This document shows, piece after piece, positions 35,580 through 48,817 of a stretch of DNA of 64,000 nt; the stretch's first letter is position 1; the number at the start of each line of letters is the position of its first letter. This stretch comes from Camelus ferus. Its lineage: Eukaryota. Under the pieces are notes generated by a model. It made no database searches, was not told the DNA's origin, and saw only the letters and a list, made by a program, of their open reading frames with translations. Location: positions 11,472,001-11,536,000 of the forward strand of contig NC_045697.1 of assembly GCF_009834535.1 (NCBI RefSeq), written 5' to 3'. The position numbers were made by a program, and so were the translations under genes.

Positions 35580-36470
35580 TGTAAAATAACGAATTATCAA
35601 ATGAGTACAATTTGCAATGTAATTAACTGACAAATGACTAGAATAAAGAATATTTCAAGAGCTCATAGGTGCATAATAAAAAGACAAAATGCCCAAATGA
35701 AAAACTGACTTAAAAAGTATGAATAGTGATGAAATAGAAGGAGAAATAAAACTGGCTAAAAATAGTACAAAGAGACGTTCAGCCTTCATGGTAATTGAGA
35801 AAACACAAATCAAGATAAAAATATCATTTTATACCAAATTAACAAACAATTAATTTGGGGGACAAATTTGTAATAAACAAAAATTTAAAAGTTTGAACAA
35901 TGCCATATTTTGGAGAACTAGATCAAAGGGAACTCCTGCACATAGCTGTTAAGAATAAAAACTAGTATAACAACTTTAGAAAGTAATTCGGCATTCTCTT
36001 TTAAAGATGACATTTGCATACTCCACCAATCAGCAATTTCCCTTCTTGCCATATACCCAAGAGATACTTTTTTTACTTGTGTACCAGGAGATGTGTGTAT
36101 GAATGTTTTTTAGTAATACTATTCAAAATGGCAAAAAGTTGGAAATGTTTCGAAAGTTCATTGCCAAGAAAACAGATGAATTTATCTAACATAGTCACAA
36201 AACACACTTTCATACAGCAGTGAAAATTAATGAACTATATCGATATATTATTTGGATAACCTAATATCATGGTATACTTGGGAGGTGCAAATCAGGGTGA
36301 GGAAAGGGAACTAGAGCAATAACATACAAAAGTAAAAGAATAAATAAATAACCATGGTCCATGCATGGACCAAGGATGATAATGTGACACAAACCAAAGA
36401 TTATAATCAACCCACTTTTATGCACACTGGGAACACACATCAAAAGAGAAATTATTGGTTTTTTTAATAA
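35580..36470 (+). mobile_element. Old L1ME-type 3' region
   Basis: ORF2 C-terminal and 3'UTR remnants (acaactttagaaagtaattcggca, cagcaatttcccttcttgccatataccc, acagcagtgaaaattaatgaacta). Confidence 0.7.
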
Positions 36471-37024
36471 AGAAAGAAAATTTAACTTTGCTTCACAGTT
36501 GGCATTTCAAGATCACTTACTAAAGATTCAATCCAGTCACCCCATGCTTCTTGTCCTGGATTTTTCTGCCTCAATTCTGCTTTCACCCAGATGCCAGTAA
36601 TTTCCCCTAGTAGTTTCTTACACTAACTGTCTACTTTTTTTTAACCCCCTTTTTTATCATATCAAATTCTTTCTTATTCTTGAAGGTCCAACTCAACATG
36701 TTCATCAAAACTTTTCCAATCAAAGTCTAACTTTCTTAGAACAGATACATAAATGTAATAGAAATAAGAGACACAGAGATATCCTAGAAAGAGCACAAGA
36801 ATCAAATAAACATGACATTTGGTTGACACATATGCCCCAGGATCTTGCGCATAGGTTTATTCAAAATTTTAGTCCCTCCTTCTCCATTTCTTTCCTTCCT
36901 TTGTATTCCCACAAAATATTGCTATTAAGCATTCTTTAAAAAATGTGTCTGAATTATTTCTATTAAATTTACTAGTATTTTCCAAATTGTATTGGGTAAG
37001 TATGTGGAAGGCAAGGACCACTCT

Positions 37025-37150
37025 TGTAGCAGATGCTTTTGGTGCCTCACCAGATCCAGTGGTTGGGTATGCCCATCCCCCAGCCACTGACAGCACTGAT
37101 GCTCCCAGCTCACACCTGCAGTCTTCTCTGGGGGGTTGCCCTTGGACAAT
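37025..37150 (+). mobile_element. LTR16-like 5' fragment
   Basis: tgtagcagatgcttttggtgcctcaccagatcc...tgcccatcccccagcc. Confidence 0.55.
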
Positions 37151-37429
37151 TGTAACTGCCTTGGACTTTATACCTGGCCTACACTTCGAGGACTCTCCTG
37201 GCTATTACAGAACAGGAATCTTTCATGTTTCTGCCTCAGCTCTCTTTCCATCACTAAGTATGGCAAATACTGCAGCATACCTGTAATTGTCAGGGGCTTG
37301 GGACAGCCTATGACATCAGTAAATAATTTAAGGAGAAGGAAAATGGCAGAAAAAGAGAGGTGAGGAGCTCAGAGCAGGCTTCCCCCACTCTTTTAATTTA
37401 GGCATCTCACAGTTAAAAGCATATCATCT

Positions 37430-37569
37430 GGGGGAGGGTGTAGCTCAAGTGGTAGAGGGCATGCTTAGCATGCACAAGGTCCTGGGTTCAATCCCCAGCA
37501 CCTCCTCTAAAAGTAAATAAATAAATAGACCTAATTACCTCCCTCCCTCCACTAAAAATATAAATAAAT
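37430..37569 (+). mobile_element. tRNA-Ala(AGC)-derived camelid SINE (Vic-1 type)
   Basis: A box TAGCTCAAGTGG 37441-37452, AGC anticodon 37467-37469, B box GGTTCAATCC 37485-37494, cctaattacctccc tail; TSD aaaagcatatcatct / aaaaacacatcatct after TT. Confidence 0.93.
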
Positions 37570-39119
37570 AAAAACACATCATCTCATGGCAAAAAGATCA
37601 CAGTATTTAACTCATCTTTCCTTCTCATGATGGTGTCTCAAAGCCTCCTCTAGTCAGACATTGCCATCAGCTATGTGGTTGGGGAGAAAAAGAGGAGTTT
37701 GGGGCTGAAGCTGAGAGAAATGAGGGGATAACTGAAGCATCAGGATTCTTGGGGTGAAGGAGGGTTCAAGAGCGTTCAGAGAAGGGACAGGAGCAACAGA
37801 CAAAGAAGGAGGAATGTTTAGAATAGTGGGCCCCAAATGCTCCAGGATGAAGAGCCTTCCCTTTTGTAAAAGGAGGAAGGGGAAACTTTCTACCTTGGAA
37901 AGAAAAAAAGATTCTTAAAGCCACTCATGTTCATTACATTCATGTAGACAAGTAAAAAAGAATCCCATACAATACAGCCAGAATTTGCCCCACTCACTCA
38001 AAGATAGCAGTTGTACAGACCCCTATTACAGGGATCATCTGTACTAACAGGATATAATGTCATATATAATATTATCACGACATACTGCCTCACAAAAGAA
38101 AAGGTATTTTGTTATGGTTTATTGATGGTGAAAATTCATAGGGACAAAGACCTGATTTAGCATCGATACCCAGTGAAATGCAGCAGTGCATAACTGTAAG
38201 TGACCTAATCAGACTACAGATTAAGTTTTGTGCTCGTGTGTTCTTACCTTGTAATATCACCCTCCCTGCCATACACACACACAGTTAACTACTTCACTCA
38301 CACAATCAGGAATAAGTAGGCCCAATAATTTCTTTAAAATATATTCTATGCATCCACTATGTTTAAGGCACTGTGCCCAGGCACTGCGTATGCACTTGTG
38401 AAATTTAAAGAAGAGAAAAAACAGATATAATGCCTGGGTTTTTTTTAGCATTTTTATTTTAGAAGGGGAAATCTGACTCAGTTGTGAGATGTTTCATGTG
38501 TGATTTTTCTTTAACTAAAATCTAATTTTTAAAATTGCAAAGGGTTCTCTTTTTAAATAATGAATTAGAGTGAATTCAACTTTATATCGTGGGTAACATC
38601 ACTCACTCTGACACTTGGAATTTGCTGTCTTGAGTGAGAGAGAATGGGATGGAGTTACAATTACAACTGAGGAAACTGTAGATAACAACCTTGTGTTTCT
38701 CCCTGATACAGCACTGCATGGATGAGCGTTTTGTCATAATTCTCTACTATAACTGACAAAAAAAAAAAAGAGCAAGAAGCACTGCTTTTTAGATCACACA
38801 GTTGGTGGTTCTGTGGGTGGACATAGTTCCTATGAAATGAGCTATGGACCTTCTGCAAATACCTTCTACTGCAGTTCTTAAAAGTAAAATGATCTCCGTT
38901 GCTATTGGCAAAGGAGGAATGGAACAGGTGTGAGTGAATATGATTGTAACAAGGATAGCAAATCTTCTCCAAGGGGGTCCCTGTGCTCGGCACTGGGACA
39001 TGGGTATGAGTCAGAATGTCCCATACCTGGTGGGAGCTCATGGTTGAAATGAGGCAGAAAGTGGGCAAAGTTACCCACAGATACAGTATAATAGTCCAGC
39101 TCACAGTTAGATCAACTGT

Positions 39120-40060
39120 TGGAAGGAATAATAATTAGCAGAGTTTTCACCAAGGGGGTGAGTATTGGAGGATAAGGATGGTTTGTCCAGTAAAGAAGGA
39201 AGTGAGGTGCATGGTATAGCTCAGTGGCAGAGCACATTCTTAGCATGCATGAGGTCCTGGTTTTGATCCCAGTACTTCCATTAAGAAAAATTAAATTTAA
39301 AAAAGAGAGAGAAGGAAGTAGAAGGATGTCATTCCACACAGAGGAACAGCATATGCAAAGGCACGAGTGTACGTGTGAAGAACTCAGGGAATCGGCAGAA
39401 TCAACAAGAGAGGGACAAGGCCAGAAAGGTGAGCTGGGGCCAGATGAAGAAGTATCTGATGCCATGTTATGTTTGGATTTAATCCTGACAGCCAATGTTC
39501 TCAAAGAAGAGCACATGACACCAGATCATTTTAGAAACAGTTTTAAAATCATTTATTTACTTATTCTAATTTTCCTTCATGCTTAATGAAAATAAACTGA
39601 GCAAACAAACAACAGCAACAACAACAAAAAAAAAAACCTGAGCACATGCAAATAGAAATTTAATGAAGATTACTGTTCAGGACAAGGGTCAATTATTTAA
39701 AAAAAGGAGAGTTAGTGAACTTAAAGACAATATTAAGGAAAGCATTGTGAAGATGATACAAAAATACAGAAAAAAAAATCATAACGTGGGGAGGCAAATG
39801 ATAGAGGTGTGAGGAACACTGTGATGTAGAGTTAAATATGGGCGTCACAGGCGTGACATGACAGTATTTGCAGGGCATTATTCATGGGTTGTGCTGTGCT
39901 TCCCGGAAGATCGCTCAAGCAATGGAGTAGAGGATGAGCTAAGACAAGGGAGGGGAGGCACGGGACTCTGGGTTGGGAGACCAGAGTGGTCCAAGAAAGA
40001 GATCATGGGGACTGAAACTACAGCAGTGATGCTGCTGATGGAGACAAGGAACAGATTGAA
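39120..40060 (-). mobile_element. L2 fragments interrupted by a SINE and a possible + strand L1 ORF1-region fragment (approx. 39640-39800)
   Basis: attccacacagaggaacagcatatgcaaaggc; tttggatttaatcctga. Confidence 0.55.
39204..39309 (+). mobile_element. tRNA-Ala-derived SINE, short variant, inserted in an L2
   Basis: ggtatagctcagtggcagagcacattcttagcatgcatgaggtcctggttttgatcccagtac plus A-rich tail; TSD agaaggaagt at 39194-39203 and 39310-39319. Confidence 0.88.
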
Positions 40061-40559
40061 TGTACTTCCCCTACTTCCTGACAAAATAGCGCATAGCTTG
40101 GCAAGCAGGCAGGAAATGAGGAGGAGAGCATGGCTTTTTCCCAGATTATTATCATTTATGCTTCCTTTCCTATTTATTGGTATTAAAATCATAATGTCAT
40201 GTGAGAGTGGTGTTTTCTTCCAGTGCCCAGAAGCTGCAGTTCTAAGTGCTCATAAATATCTTTGGGAATGGATGAACCAGAGGATGAAAATGGACATTCT
40301 GAGTTAGTCATTACAGCATCTGGGCTTAACTGCCGGCCACTTATGACTAGCCACATGCAATGAAATGCCACTTTGAAGTTCATTAGTTGCCATCAAATAT
40401 AAAAGAGGAGCCAATTTAGACCAGGTGGACTGATGGTTCTTTTAATTCTCTCTTATTTTGATGGTCTGAGTAACTCAAGATTCAACAGTTCCAACAAACA
40501 TTGTTGATGGTGGGGAAGGGAGAGAAGGTAACATGGTAGGTACCATTTCAATATTTCCC

Positions 40560-41055
40560 ATTTGGCATTCATCTTCATTTCCTCTCCTATCAGCACCCAA
40601 AAAACTACTCTTCTCCCACATTAATCCTTGCCTGTGGATGAGTCTAACCCCATCCCTTGCCCTCCAGCCAATTACAAGTCTCAAGCATGGACGATTAGAA
40701 TATCTCATCCCTATGGCCAGAGTGGCTGGGACACAACCAAGCAAATAGCACCAGCCCAGCCAAGTAGATTCAGTCTCAGCACGTTTTTCTGGAACTACTC
40801 CACAGAGAAGCACTTTTTCTATTTAGATGCAAACTGGAAGTGCTGGAGGGCCACATGGGGCATGAGAATGAAGCCATCCAGAGAGACATGGACTTCCAGG
40901 TGACAAAGTATCTCTACCTGGATGTCATTGTTTGGTCCTTTGGATTGTTTCTCTCCCTGGACTTAGCAGTTTTGTGAGAAAATACCACCCCCATCCCCAT
41001 TTTTTCTTCTTCAGGGCAATTTGAATCGGGTTTCTGTCACCTGCGACCAAAATTC
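40560..41055 (+). mobile_element. Old MaLR solo LTR (MLT1K-like)
   Basis: attagaatatctcatccctatggccagagtg...tgagaatgaagcca...tttgaatcgggtttctgtcacctgcgaccaaaa. Confidence 0.6.
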
Positions 41056-41683
41056 ATTACCCACTCCTTCTGCCCTTGATGTTCTAAAAAGCCGAGCTCC
41101 TTAAGAACAAATGCAACTGGGATGGGATGGGGGGAGGGGGGAGCAGTAGTGGAAAGGAGGCAAGCCTGACAGGGAGAGGATAAAGGTGTGTCTTAATTCA
41201 ATTCTGCAAAGATATATTGAGGGCTCGCTGGAGGAAAGACAGTGTGTTGGGTGAGGTCAGGCAGAAGCTCAGGGATACAAAGGTTTAAGAAAATGGTCTG
41301 TGTGCATAAAATGATTAGAATCCATGCAGGTGAGAACAAGGGTAGTGTTACCTCCTGCCTGTGCCTCTGCCAAAGCCCACTCCACGGCCCCTGCTCTCCT
41401 GCTCCACACCTGTGATGTCATCCCCCATTCCGAAGAGAAAAGCTGAGAGCTCCCCAGCAGCCCTGTCACTCTATGCCCAATATCTGGACAAAATTAGCCC
41501 CTGGAAATTAGTTTTGGAAGTATATATGAGCAAACAAAACCCCAAACTGGAAGGTCAGCATGCAGACTGAGTGATGATCTGTAAAAACCTTCCCCACAGC
41601 TTTGCCTCTTCTCTTCTGTGTGCGTCCCTCCAGCAACTGCATTTTACCTCCATGTACGAAATGGAGTATTGCATGAGACATGT

Positions 41684-41846
41684 GGAAGGGAAGAAAAAAG
41701 AAGAAGGTGAAAGGTCAAAAAAAGGAAAGGAGGAAGAGAGGGAAGGAAGGAAGGAGGGAAGTAAGGAAAGAAAGAAGGGAGGAAGGAAGGGAAGAAGGGA
41801 GGAAGGAAGAGAAGGATGGAGGGAGGGAGGGAAGGAGGGAGAGAGG
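41684..41846. repeat. Polypurine (GGAA/GAAG/GGGA)n low-complexity tract
   Basis: Directly visible; almost pyrimidine-free on the + strand. Confidence 0.95.
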
Positions 41847-43709
41847 CAGAAATACTGGCTGCCTCTTGGAGTTCGTTGGCATGGAAACGTCATATATCTC
41901 TGAACAAAGATTTCAGTTCAATTGCAATACTATTGTGTATCAATCCAACAAAATAACCCCAGGGTAGGTATCACAAAGCAATACCAAAGAAATACAAAGC
42001 TGGAGGGGAGTCTAAGATAAAAAGTTGGGGAGCTAGTCCCTGGAAATCCATAAAGACTTGTCCAGGCTGGAAGCTGGGGTCAGGAAGCCGAGTCCCAGCT
42101 CAGCAGAGCTGGGAGAGGCAGCCCTTGCCTTTCTCCTCGTTGCTTAGCCAGCAGAAATCAGATCTTTTGCAGATCCTGCCTGCCCTTCTATCCTGGAATA
42201 AGAAATGTGCAGCCATTTGTTGTGTCTGCACGCAGTGAGGACGGGTCTCCCTCCACCTCCCAGATGGAACCACTGGGTCTGTAAGCACTGCAAGAATTTA
42301 GCACGCAAAGCATCAACAGTGTGAATCCCTCTTGCTTTTATGGCTGAGCATCTCACTGTTTCTTCCTTGGAAACCCTTTTCTCTAGCCTCCCTTGCTGGC
42401 TGCTGGCTTCGAGCACACCTTTTCAAATTGAAGGACACATATTTATGGTTCCCCCTCTGAAACTAAAATCCACAAAAGGCGGTGCATCTGGGGAAAGGAG
42501 GAGTCCTTCAATCTTGAACATGCTGCTTAGTGAGTCAGCAAGCAGGCTAGTTCGAGGGAAATAGTCAGAAATGTCTGTGAAAAACAAGAGCTGGGAAATA
42601 AAATAATGATGATGCTGTTTGCAGTTCTCATTAAGATTATAACCCCCACAGGAACCCAACAAGAGCAGTCCGTTCTTGCAGCAGGGAGAAGGGGATGTGT
42701 GTCTGTGTGTCTTGATGGCCAAAAATCTACAGTTAACCACCTCAAATGCCTTTTGAGAAGTAGGAACATAGAAGAAGTTGTAAATTAATATAAAACTCCA
42801 ATTCATACCTGCCCCTATAAAGACTCATCAGCAAAACTGTGTGAGCCCAGACCGATAAAGGCACTGGATTGCTACAGACTGGCAACCCCTGGGAATGGAG
42901 TGCACTGTCCTGTAAAGGATGTATCAGAGGACAGCAATGAAATCCACCTGGGCGGGGAGGATGGTCATTCAGGAGGGAGGCGAATGCATGGGGCGGGAAA
43001 TCACACGGGTTGTTTGGGAAATGGTGATTGAGCCAGGAATCAGATTAGGAGTATGAGATATGAAGACTGGCAGAGAAACCCAAAGAGGTAGTCTGGGGTT
43101 GGGTCATCCTATTTTAGGGAATTTGAACTTTATTTATAGGCAGTGGGATGCCATGGGAGGTTTCAGAGCAGAGAGTGCTTTAATCATATCTATGCTTTTT
43201 AAAAAGGCACTTTGAGACTTAACCTTAGCATGAAACCCAGAGCAAGCACATCAGGAAATTAACCTTTCCAAAATGATCTGTTCTGAACTTTTACTGGAAA
43301 TTGGCTGTTCCAGGTATGGCAGGAGCACCAAGGTACCTTCAGAGAGAGGAACCCCTCTCTCTCATCCTTATTGCATTGTCCCAGGATCGTCAGGATCAGA
43401 GAGAGGACTTCTGTTGTGGAGCCCCCTTCAGAAGTAACGCCAGCCATGCCTCGTCTGTCTCCACGTCTGGGGAGAGTTGTCAGTTCATCATACCCGATGC
43501 TTACATGGCCATTCATAGAAAAATCATAACTTCCTCCTTCTCAGAGCCCAGACAAGAGGTAGGTCAGTCAATGAGTGCATGAAAAATTCAAATTAAAGGA
43601 AAAAGGAAAAATCGGCTGCTTTTTGGTGCTTGTAGCATAGCAACATGCTACAACACCGCTTAGAAACAGATTCTGGCTTTGCACCCATCCTCACTCTCAG
43701 GACCCTGGG

Positions 43710-44067
43710 TGCCTCGGTGGGTCCAGGCTGCCATCACAGAATGTCATAGATTGGGTGACTTCAGCAACAAACATGTATCTTGCACAGTCCAGGAGGCTGG
43801 GAAGTCCAAGATGAAAATGCCTGCGGATCTGGTGTCTGGTTAGGAGCCCACATTTTGGTTCATAGGTGGCTGTTATCTCACTGTGTTCTCACCTGGTAGA
43901 AGGGCCTAGGGAGTTCACTGGGGTCTCTTTTATAAGGACACAGATCCCAGTCATAAAAGTGGAGTCTAATCACCTCCCAAAGACCCTGCCCTCAAATACT
44001 ATCCCACTGGGGACTAGGTAGGTTTCAAAGCATGAGTCTGGGGGACATAATCATTCAGTCCATCACA
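43710..44067 (-). mobile_element. MLT1A solo LTR
   Basis: ggaggctgggaagtccaagat...tcttttataaggacac...taatcacctcccaaagaccc; TSD ctggg (43705-43709) / ctggt (44068-44072). Confidence 0.88.
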
Positions 44068-44729
44068 CTGGTCAAATCCTAACTCTCGCCACCCCCAGTT
44101 CCTTGACCTCCTCAGCAATGACCTCCATCACTACCTCATTGATGGCACCATTACCACAATGTCACTTTATCCCCAAACACAAGGCTTCTGTTTCCTCCCT
44201 TCTCCAGGTGATGCTCCCCTGACCCATTTCAAAAGCTCCCTCACTCAACACTCATCTACTGTCATCTACCCCCGATCACCCTTCTCTTTCCTTGTCTACT
44301 TCCAACTACCTTTTTCTACTCTCGACCACCCTGGTCTACCCTCCAGGATCCTCCTCCATCCCCGACTTCCCTCATATACCTGTGACTACCCTTACCTCCT
44401 TTTGTGAATCTTTAACATTCCTTGACCAGAATCATATCTGCCCCCACAATATGGTAACAACCATAGCAGTCATGATGCCCTCTCCAACTCTGGCTTTTTT
44501 TTTTTTTTTTTTTTGCTCAAAAATATCTTTGGAATGAAGGATTAATACCACACTCATAATCCTTTATGTTTACCAGCAACTTAGATTGCCAAAGTCACTG
44601 TTATTTAATCCTCGTAAGAATCCTCCAAAGAATGTGAGATTTTCCACTGAAGAAGAATTTAGTGGCTTCTGAAGGTGAGGTTACACCTGCGTGCAAGAAT
44701 AAAGCCAAGGAACATAATACTATTCCTCC

Positions 44730-44940
44730 TCACAATAATAGAGTCCATTTAGTGTCACACCAGCCTGTCCAGTTGTGTGGAAGGAACATCAGACCCCTGC
44801 ATGTCACGTTCTTAGTCTCACAAGGAAGGCATCTGACAAATGAGGAATGTGAGGTTCAGGAAGTCCCTGCGACACACCCAGAGCCACTCAGCCAGCAAAT
44901 GGCAGGACAAAGACTGGATCCCAGGGTCCTCTAACTCTGA
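44730..44940 (-). mobile_element. MIR SINE
   Basis: tgacaaatgaggaatgtgaggttcagg...cagcaaatggcaggacaaagactggatccc. Confidence 0.65.
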
Positions 44941-45509
44941 GTATTTCTTTGTACTGAAAATAAACTCTTTCACACTCTGCCATATGCATTTATTCTTCAT
45001 GGACATTTACATTTTCAGAGGAAAAAAAGAGTTCATCTTCAAGGTAAAGAAAACATTTTCTATGGGAAGAGCCATCTGAAAAATTGTACCAGAACGATTT
45101 CAAGTTTCCATGGTCCCTCAAGTTAGACTTTGTACTTCTACAGTCATAGCTGTTTCTAACACCAAAAAGAAAATAGGTCAGTTATTGAAGTTATCTCCCT
45201 TCTACTACCTTCCCTTCTATGTTATGCCTCTTTCTATTGCTGAGCACATTTAGCTCCCTTGAGTTAAAGCACCAGAAATGTGAGCTACTCTGTTATGCAA
45301 ATACCAGGGGAAAGAATGAGCAGGAAAAAAGGCAGAGTCTGCTCTGGTGAAGGTTCTTGAATCATCGGGCTTTAAAGTAAACAGAAAGAAGAAAGAGTGA
45401 CCTGGCTTGATCTCATAAGCAGATGGGAGACTCTTATGGAATGTATGATGAAGAAAAACTAGGAAGGAAAAGGGAACTGGTGTTGACTGAGAGCAAAATG
45501 GCACAATGG

Positions 45510-45680
45510 CTGGGGAAGGTGTTCTAGCCCCAGCCCTACCTCCTAACTGTGTGACCAGTCTATGTCTCAGTTTCCTCATCTGTAAAATGGGAATGATGAT
45601 AAAAATGGTACCCACTTCAAATGGGCCAGGGAGAGTCAAGGAGTTGATGGTGCAGCGTGTTTCAAACAGAGCCTTGTGCA
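45510..45680 (+). mobile_element. MIR SINE
   Basis: cctaactgtgtgacc...tctcagtttcctcatctgtaaaatgggaatgat. Confidence 0.85.
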
Positions 45681-46659
45681 CGGAAGAGGGCAGCATGCGT
45701 GAGAGAGTCCTATCATTCATGTACAGTCTTTTTGGGCACTCTTGGACCACTTCTTGGGCTGAATGCATTAGGCTGCTTTGCTGGCAAATTGCAGAATCTC
45801 ACTGAGTTTCCAGAAAGAGGAGCTTCTCAAAAAGTGCACAGGAAAGGAAGAAGAACAGGAACTAGGTGCTCAGCCAGACCACATGGAGACTGGGCTCTTG
45901 TTCACCAAATGGGAGACTCTCTTCTTTGCCATCTGATGACAGTCACAGCCGACTGGACAGTCCACCCTTCCCCCATCTTGTGCTGCACTGTTGGGGTGAT
46001 GAATTGATTCTCCCTGCCATTAGGTGCCTTCAAATGCCACTAGAAGGATGATCTCACTGGTTCACTAGATGAGTGTGGGTCTCGGCAGTTAAATCTCTTA
46101 CTTACACAGTCTCTGACCAATGTATACATCAGTTGCCAATGAATGGGCTAAAGGCCCACCCTGATCCATACACTGAGGTCTGAAGGGAAAGATGCTGGCA
46201 TCAGCTTTCAGGAGTGGGGACCAGGGCAGGGCAGCTATGAAGAGTGCAGTAGATTCCCAGGAAATGCAAACGTTATTTCATTTTACCATACATAGCTGGT
46301 GAGGTAGGCTTTATTAAGTCCCATGTTTCAAAATACATCCCTCTGAGCATGATTTTTTTAAGGGTGGTGGTTAGCCATAGACTTCAGTGGTAAGACCCAA
46401 GGGCAGACTTTTTGTTGACTTTAAACTTGAGCAGAGTTAGAATTCTCTAAGGGATGCTAATTCTGATGTATTTTCATTTTCACTAATCCTTGAATATGCC
46501 AAGTAATAGAAACTCTGTAGCAGTGTTTATGACATTTTGATTTTTATTATGAGTTCTTGATTTTATTATCAACTTTCCCAAGGAAGGATAAATACGTATT
46601 TGTTTAAGAAAGGAAGATGAGATTCAGAAAGAAGGAAAGGAGTGTGAAACAGCATTTTA

Positions 46660-47505
46660 CAGCTGGGATTCCCCAAATTAGGTGCACATCAAAATCACCT
46701 GGGAATCTTGTTTTTCAAAACAGCTTTTATTGAGGTATAATTTACGTATCACAAAATTCACTCATTTTAAGAGCACGATTCAATACATTTTAGTAAACTT
46801 ATGCAGTCGTGCAACTATCACCACAATCCAGTTGTGACATTTTTGTCACCCCCAGATAGTCCCTCATGCTTGGAAAACTTTTAATTTTGATTTTGACTTT
46901 AAATCACTTTATTTTCAATTTACAGAGAAAGCCATGGTTAACAGTATGGTGTATATTTCTCCACACTTTCGTCAATGCGTTTATGCACTTGCAAAAGTAA
47001 ATAATAGCTACCTATATGTCAGACTTCTTGTTGTAAAATAAATAAGATCATAGCACACATTTTCTTCCCTGACCTGCCTCTTTCAGTTAAAAATGTGCCT
47101 CAAAGATCCTTTTAAGTTGGTTCGTTTTTCTCATTCTCTTGTTACGTCTCCCTAGTATTCCAGAGGATGTATATAGCATAATTCATTTGGCCACCATTCC
47201 CCCTTTTGATGAAAATGTAGATTGTTTCCAATTTTTTCTTTTGATCGCAAACAAAGCTGCAAGAGTGTCTATGGACTAAACCCATGTTCATCTGTGCATT
47301 TTCCCAGAGGACAGAATCCTAGAGAACAACTCCAAGAGGTTTGTTTTTTTTTTTTTTAAACCAGGCATCCTAACACCTTTCTTTTTCTTTCTAACTCAGT
47401 CCACCAAGAGGTTTGATTTATTGGGTCTGGATGGTTTGCAGGAAACTATATTTTTACAAAATACTTGCCCTAGAGATTCAGGTATAGCCAGCCTGGCAGC
47501 ATCTG
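46660..47505 (-). mobile_element. MER5-type hAT split by L1MB-like (approx. 46712-46870) and L1ME-like (approx. 46900-47330) 3' fragments
   Basis: tgcacatcaaaatcacctggga / cagcttttattgaggtataatttac...gtgcaactatcaccacaatc / tgatttattgggtctgg. Confidence 0.6.
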
Positions 47506-47629
47506 CAGAAGGTCATTTTGGAGTCATGGTTTTCAAGTTTGTAGTCAGAGAAATGCAGGTTCAGATCCCAGCTCTGTCACTGCAGGTAGATAACCCTGGA
47601 CACCACTCAGCCCTGCCGGTCCACCCACT

Positions 47630-48180
47630 CATTTGTTCTGCAGTTAGTCAAAGAGCACTGAGCACCATGTGTGTGCCAAGTGTAATTCTCAGCCAGCAGG
47701 TGAGAAAGACACATAAACAAATGAGTCTATACCATAAAGTGTCATGGATTCTATAAAGGGGAAGCTAATCTGTTGTATGTTCAGAGAAGGAGGTGCCTGG
47801 GGAAATCTGAAAATATTGTAGAAGAAGGAACACTTAGGGTGAGTCCTGAAATAGGGGAGGTTCCTGCCAAGTGACCAAAGCCCACCCAGGCAGAGGAAAC
47901 AGCATGGGCCGAGGCCAGGAGCTGTCATGCATCAGGATTTCCTATGGTGCTGGGTGGAGGATGCAGCCAGCACAGAAGCTGAGAGGGAGACTGGACTGTG
48001 GCTGACTTTGTAAAGTAGATGGGCATCCTCTTGAAGGGTTGGAACATAGGGTATACCATGGCAGGCTCACATCTTAGTACAAGGTTTCCAGCCATGTGTG
48101 AAGGGAGAATAAAGAGACTTGGGCAGGGAGACCCAGGTCAGAGAGCCAGATGGTGTGGAGCCTTGTCATCACCCAGGCCA
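47630..48180 (-). mobile_element. L2 LINE fragment
   Basis: actgagcaccatgtgtgtgccaag...ccaggcagaggaaacagcatgggccgaggcc. Confidence 0.7.
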
Positions 48181-48379
48181 AGCGCTCTTTTCATGGCCCA
48201 CACAAGGCTCCAGGGTGAGAACCCATTAGAAAGCCAGGTAGGGCAGGTTGACTCTTGTTGACTTTCCCAACTGATGAGCCAATTGTTCTCAGCCCTTCAT
48301 TAACCCAGCCGAGTCCAGCATTTAATAGTATTTCAGCAACTGAGCTGTGACAATTGCAAATTCTAGTTCAGAAGCCAGG

Positions 48380-48817
48380 TGTGATGGTTCATTTTATATA
48401 TCAACTTAACTGGCCCATGGTGCCCAGATATGTGATCAAACATTTATTCTGGGTGTTTCTGTGGGGGTGATTTTGGATGAGATTAATGTTTAAATCAGTG
48501 GGTTTTGAGTAAAGCAGATTGTGCTCCACATTGTGGTGGGCCTCATCTAATCAGTTGAAGGCCTAACTAGAAAAAAAGACTCTCCTGCACTGAGGAAAAG
48601 AAAATTCCAACAGCAGAAGCTTTCCAACTTGAACTGCAATGCTGGAATATCCCTGGGTTTCCAGCCTGCTGGCCCACCCAGTAGATTTTGGACTTGGTAG
48701 TCCCCATAATAACATGAGCCAATTCCTTAAAATCTCCCTCTCTGTCTCTCTCTCCTATATATAAACATGCAAATACAAACATCCTATTGGTTCTGTTTCT
48801 TAGAGAACCCTAATATA
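48380..48817 (+). mobile_element. MLT2C-like ERVL solo LTR
   Basis: tgtgatggttcattttatatatcaactt...gggcctcatctaatcagttgaaggcct...atcctattggttctgtttcttagagaaccct; TSD ccagg / ccaag. Confidence 0.9.

Noticed and set aside
37430..37505. Apparent tRNA-Ala(AGC) gene
   Set aside because: G-rich 5' extension, SINE tail, poly-A, TSD and three more copies in the window show it is a SINE
41555..41967. E/K/R/G-rich and S/P/F/L-rich ORFs
   Set aside because: Translations of the polypurine tract
45250..45768. 172-aa ORF
   Set aside because: Contains IIIPILQMRKLRHR, the classic antisense MIR translation
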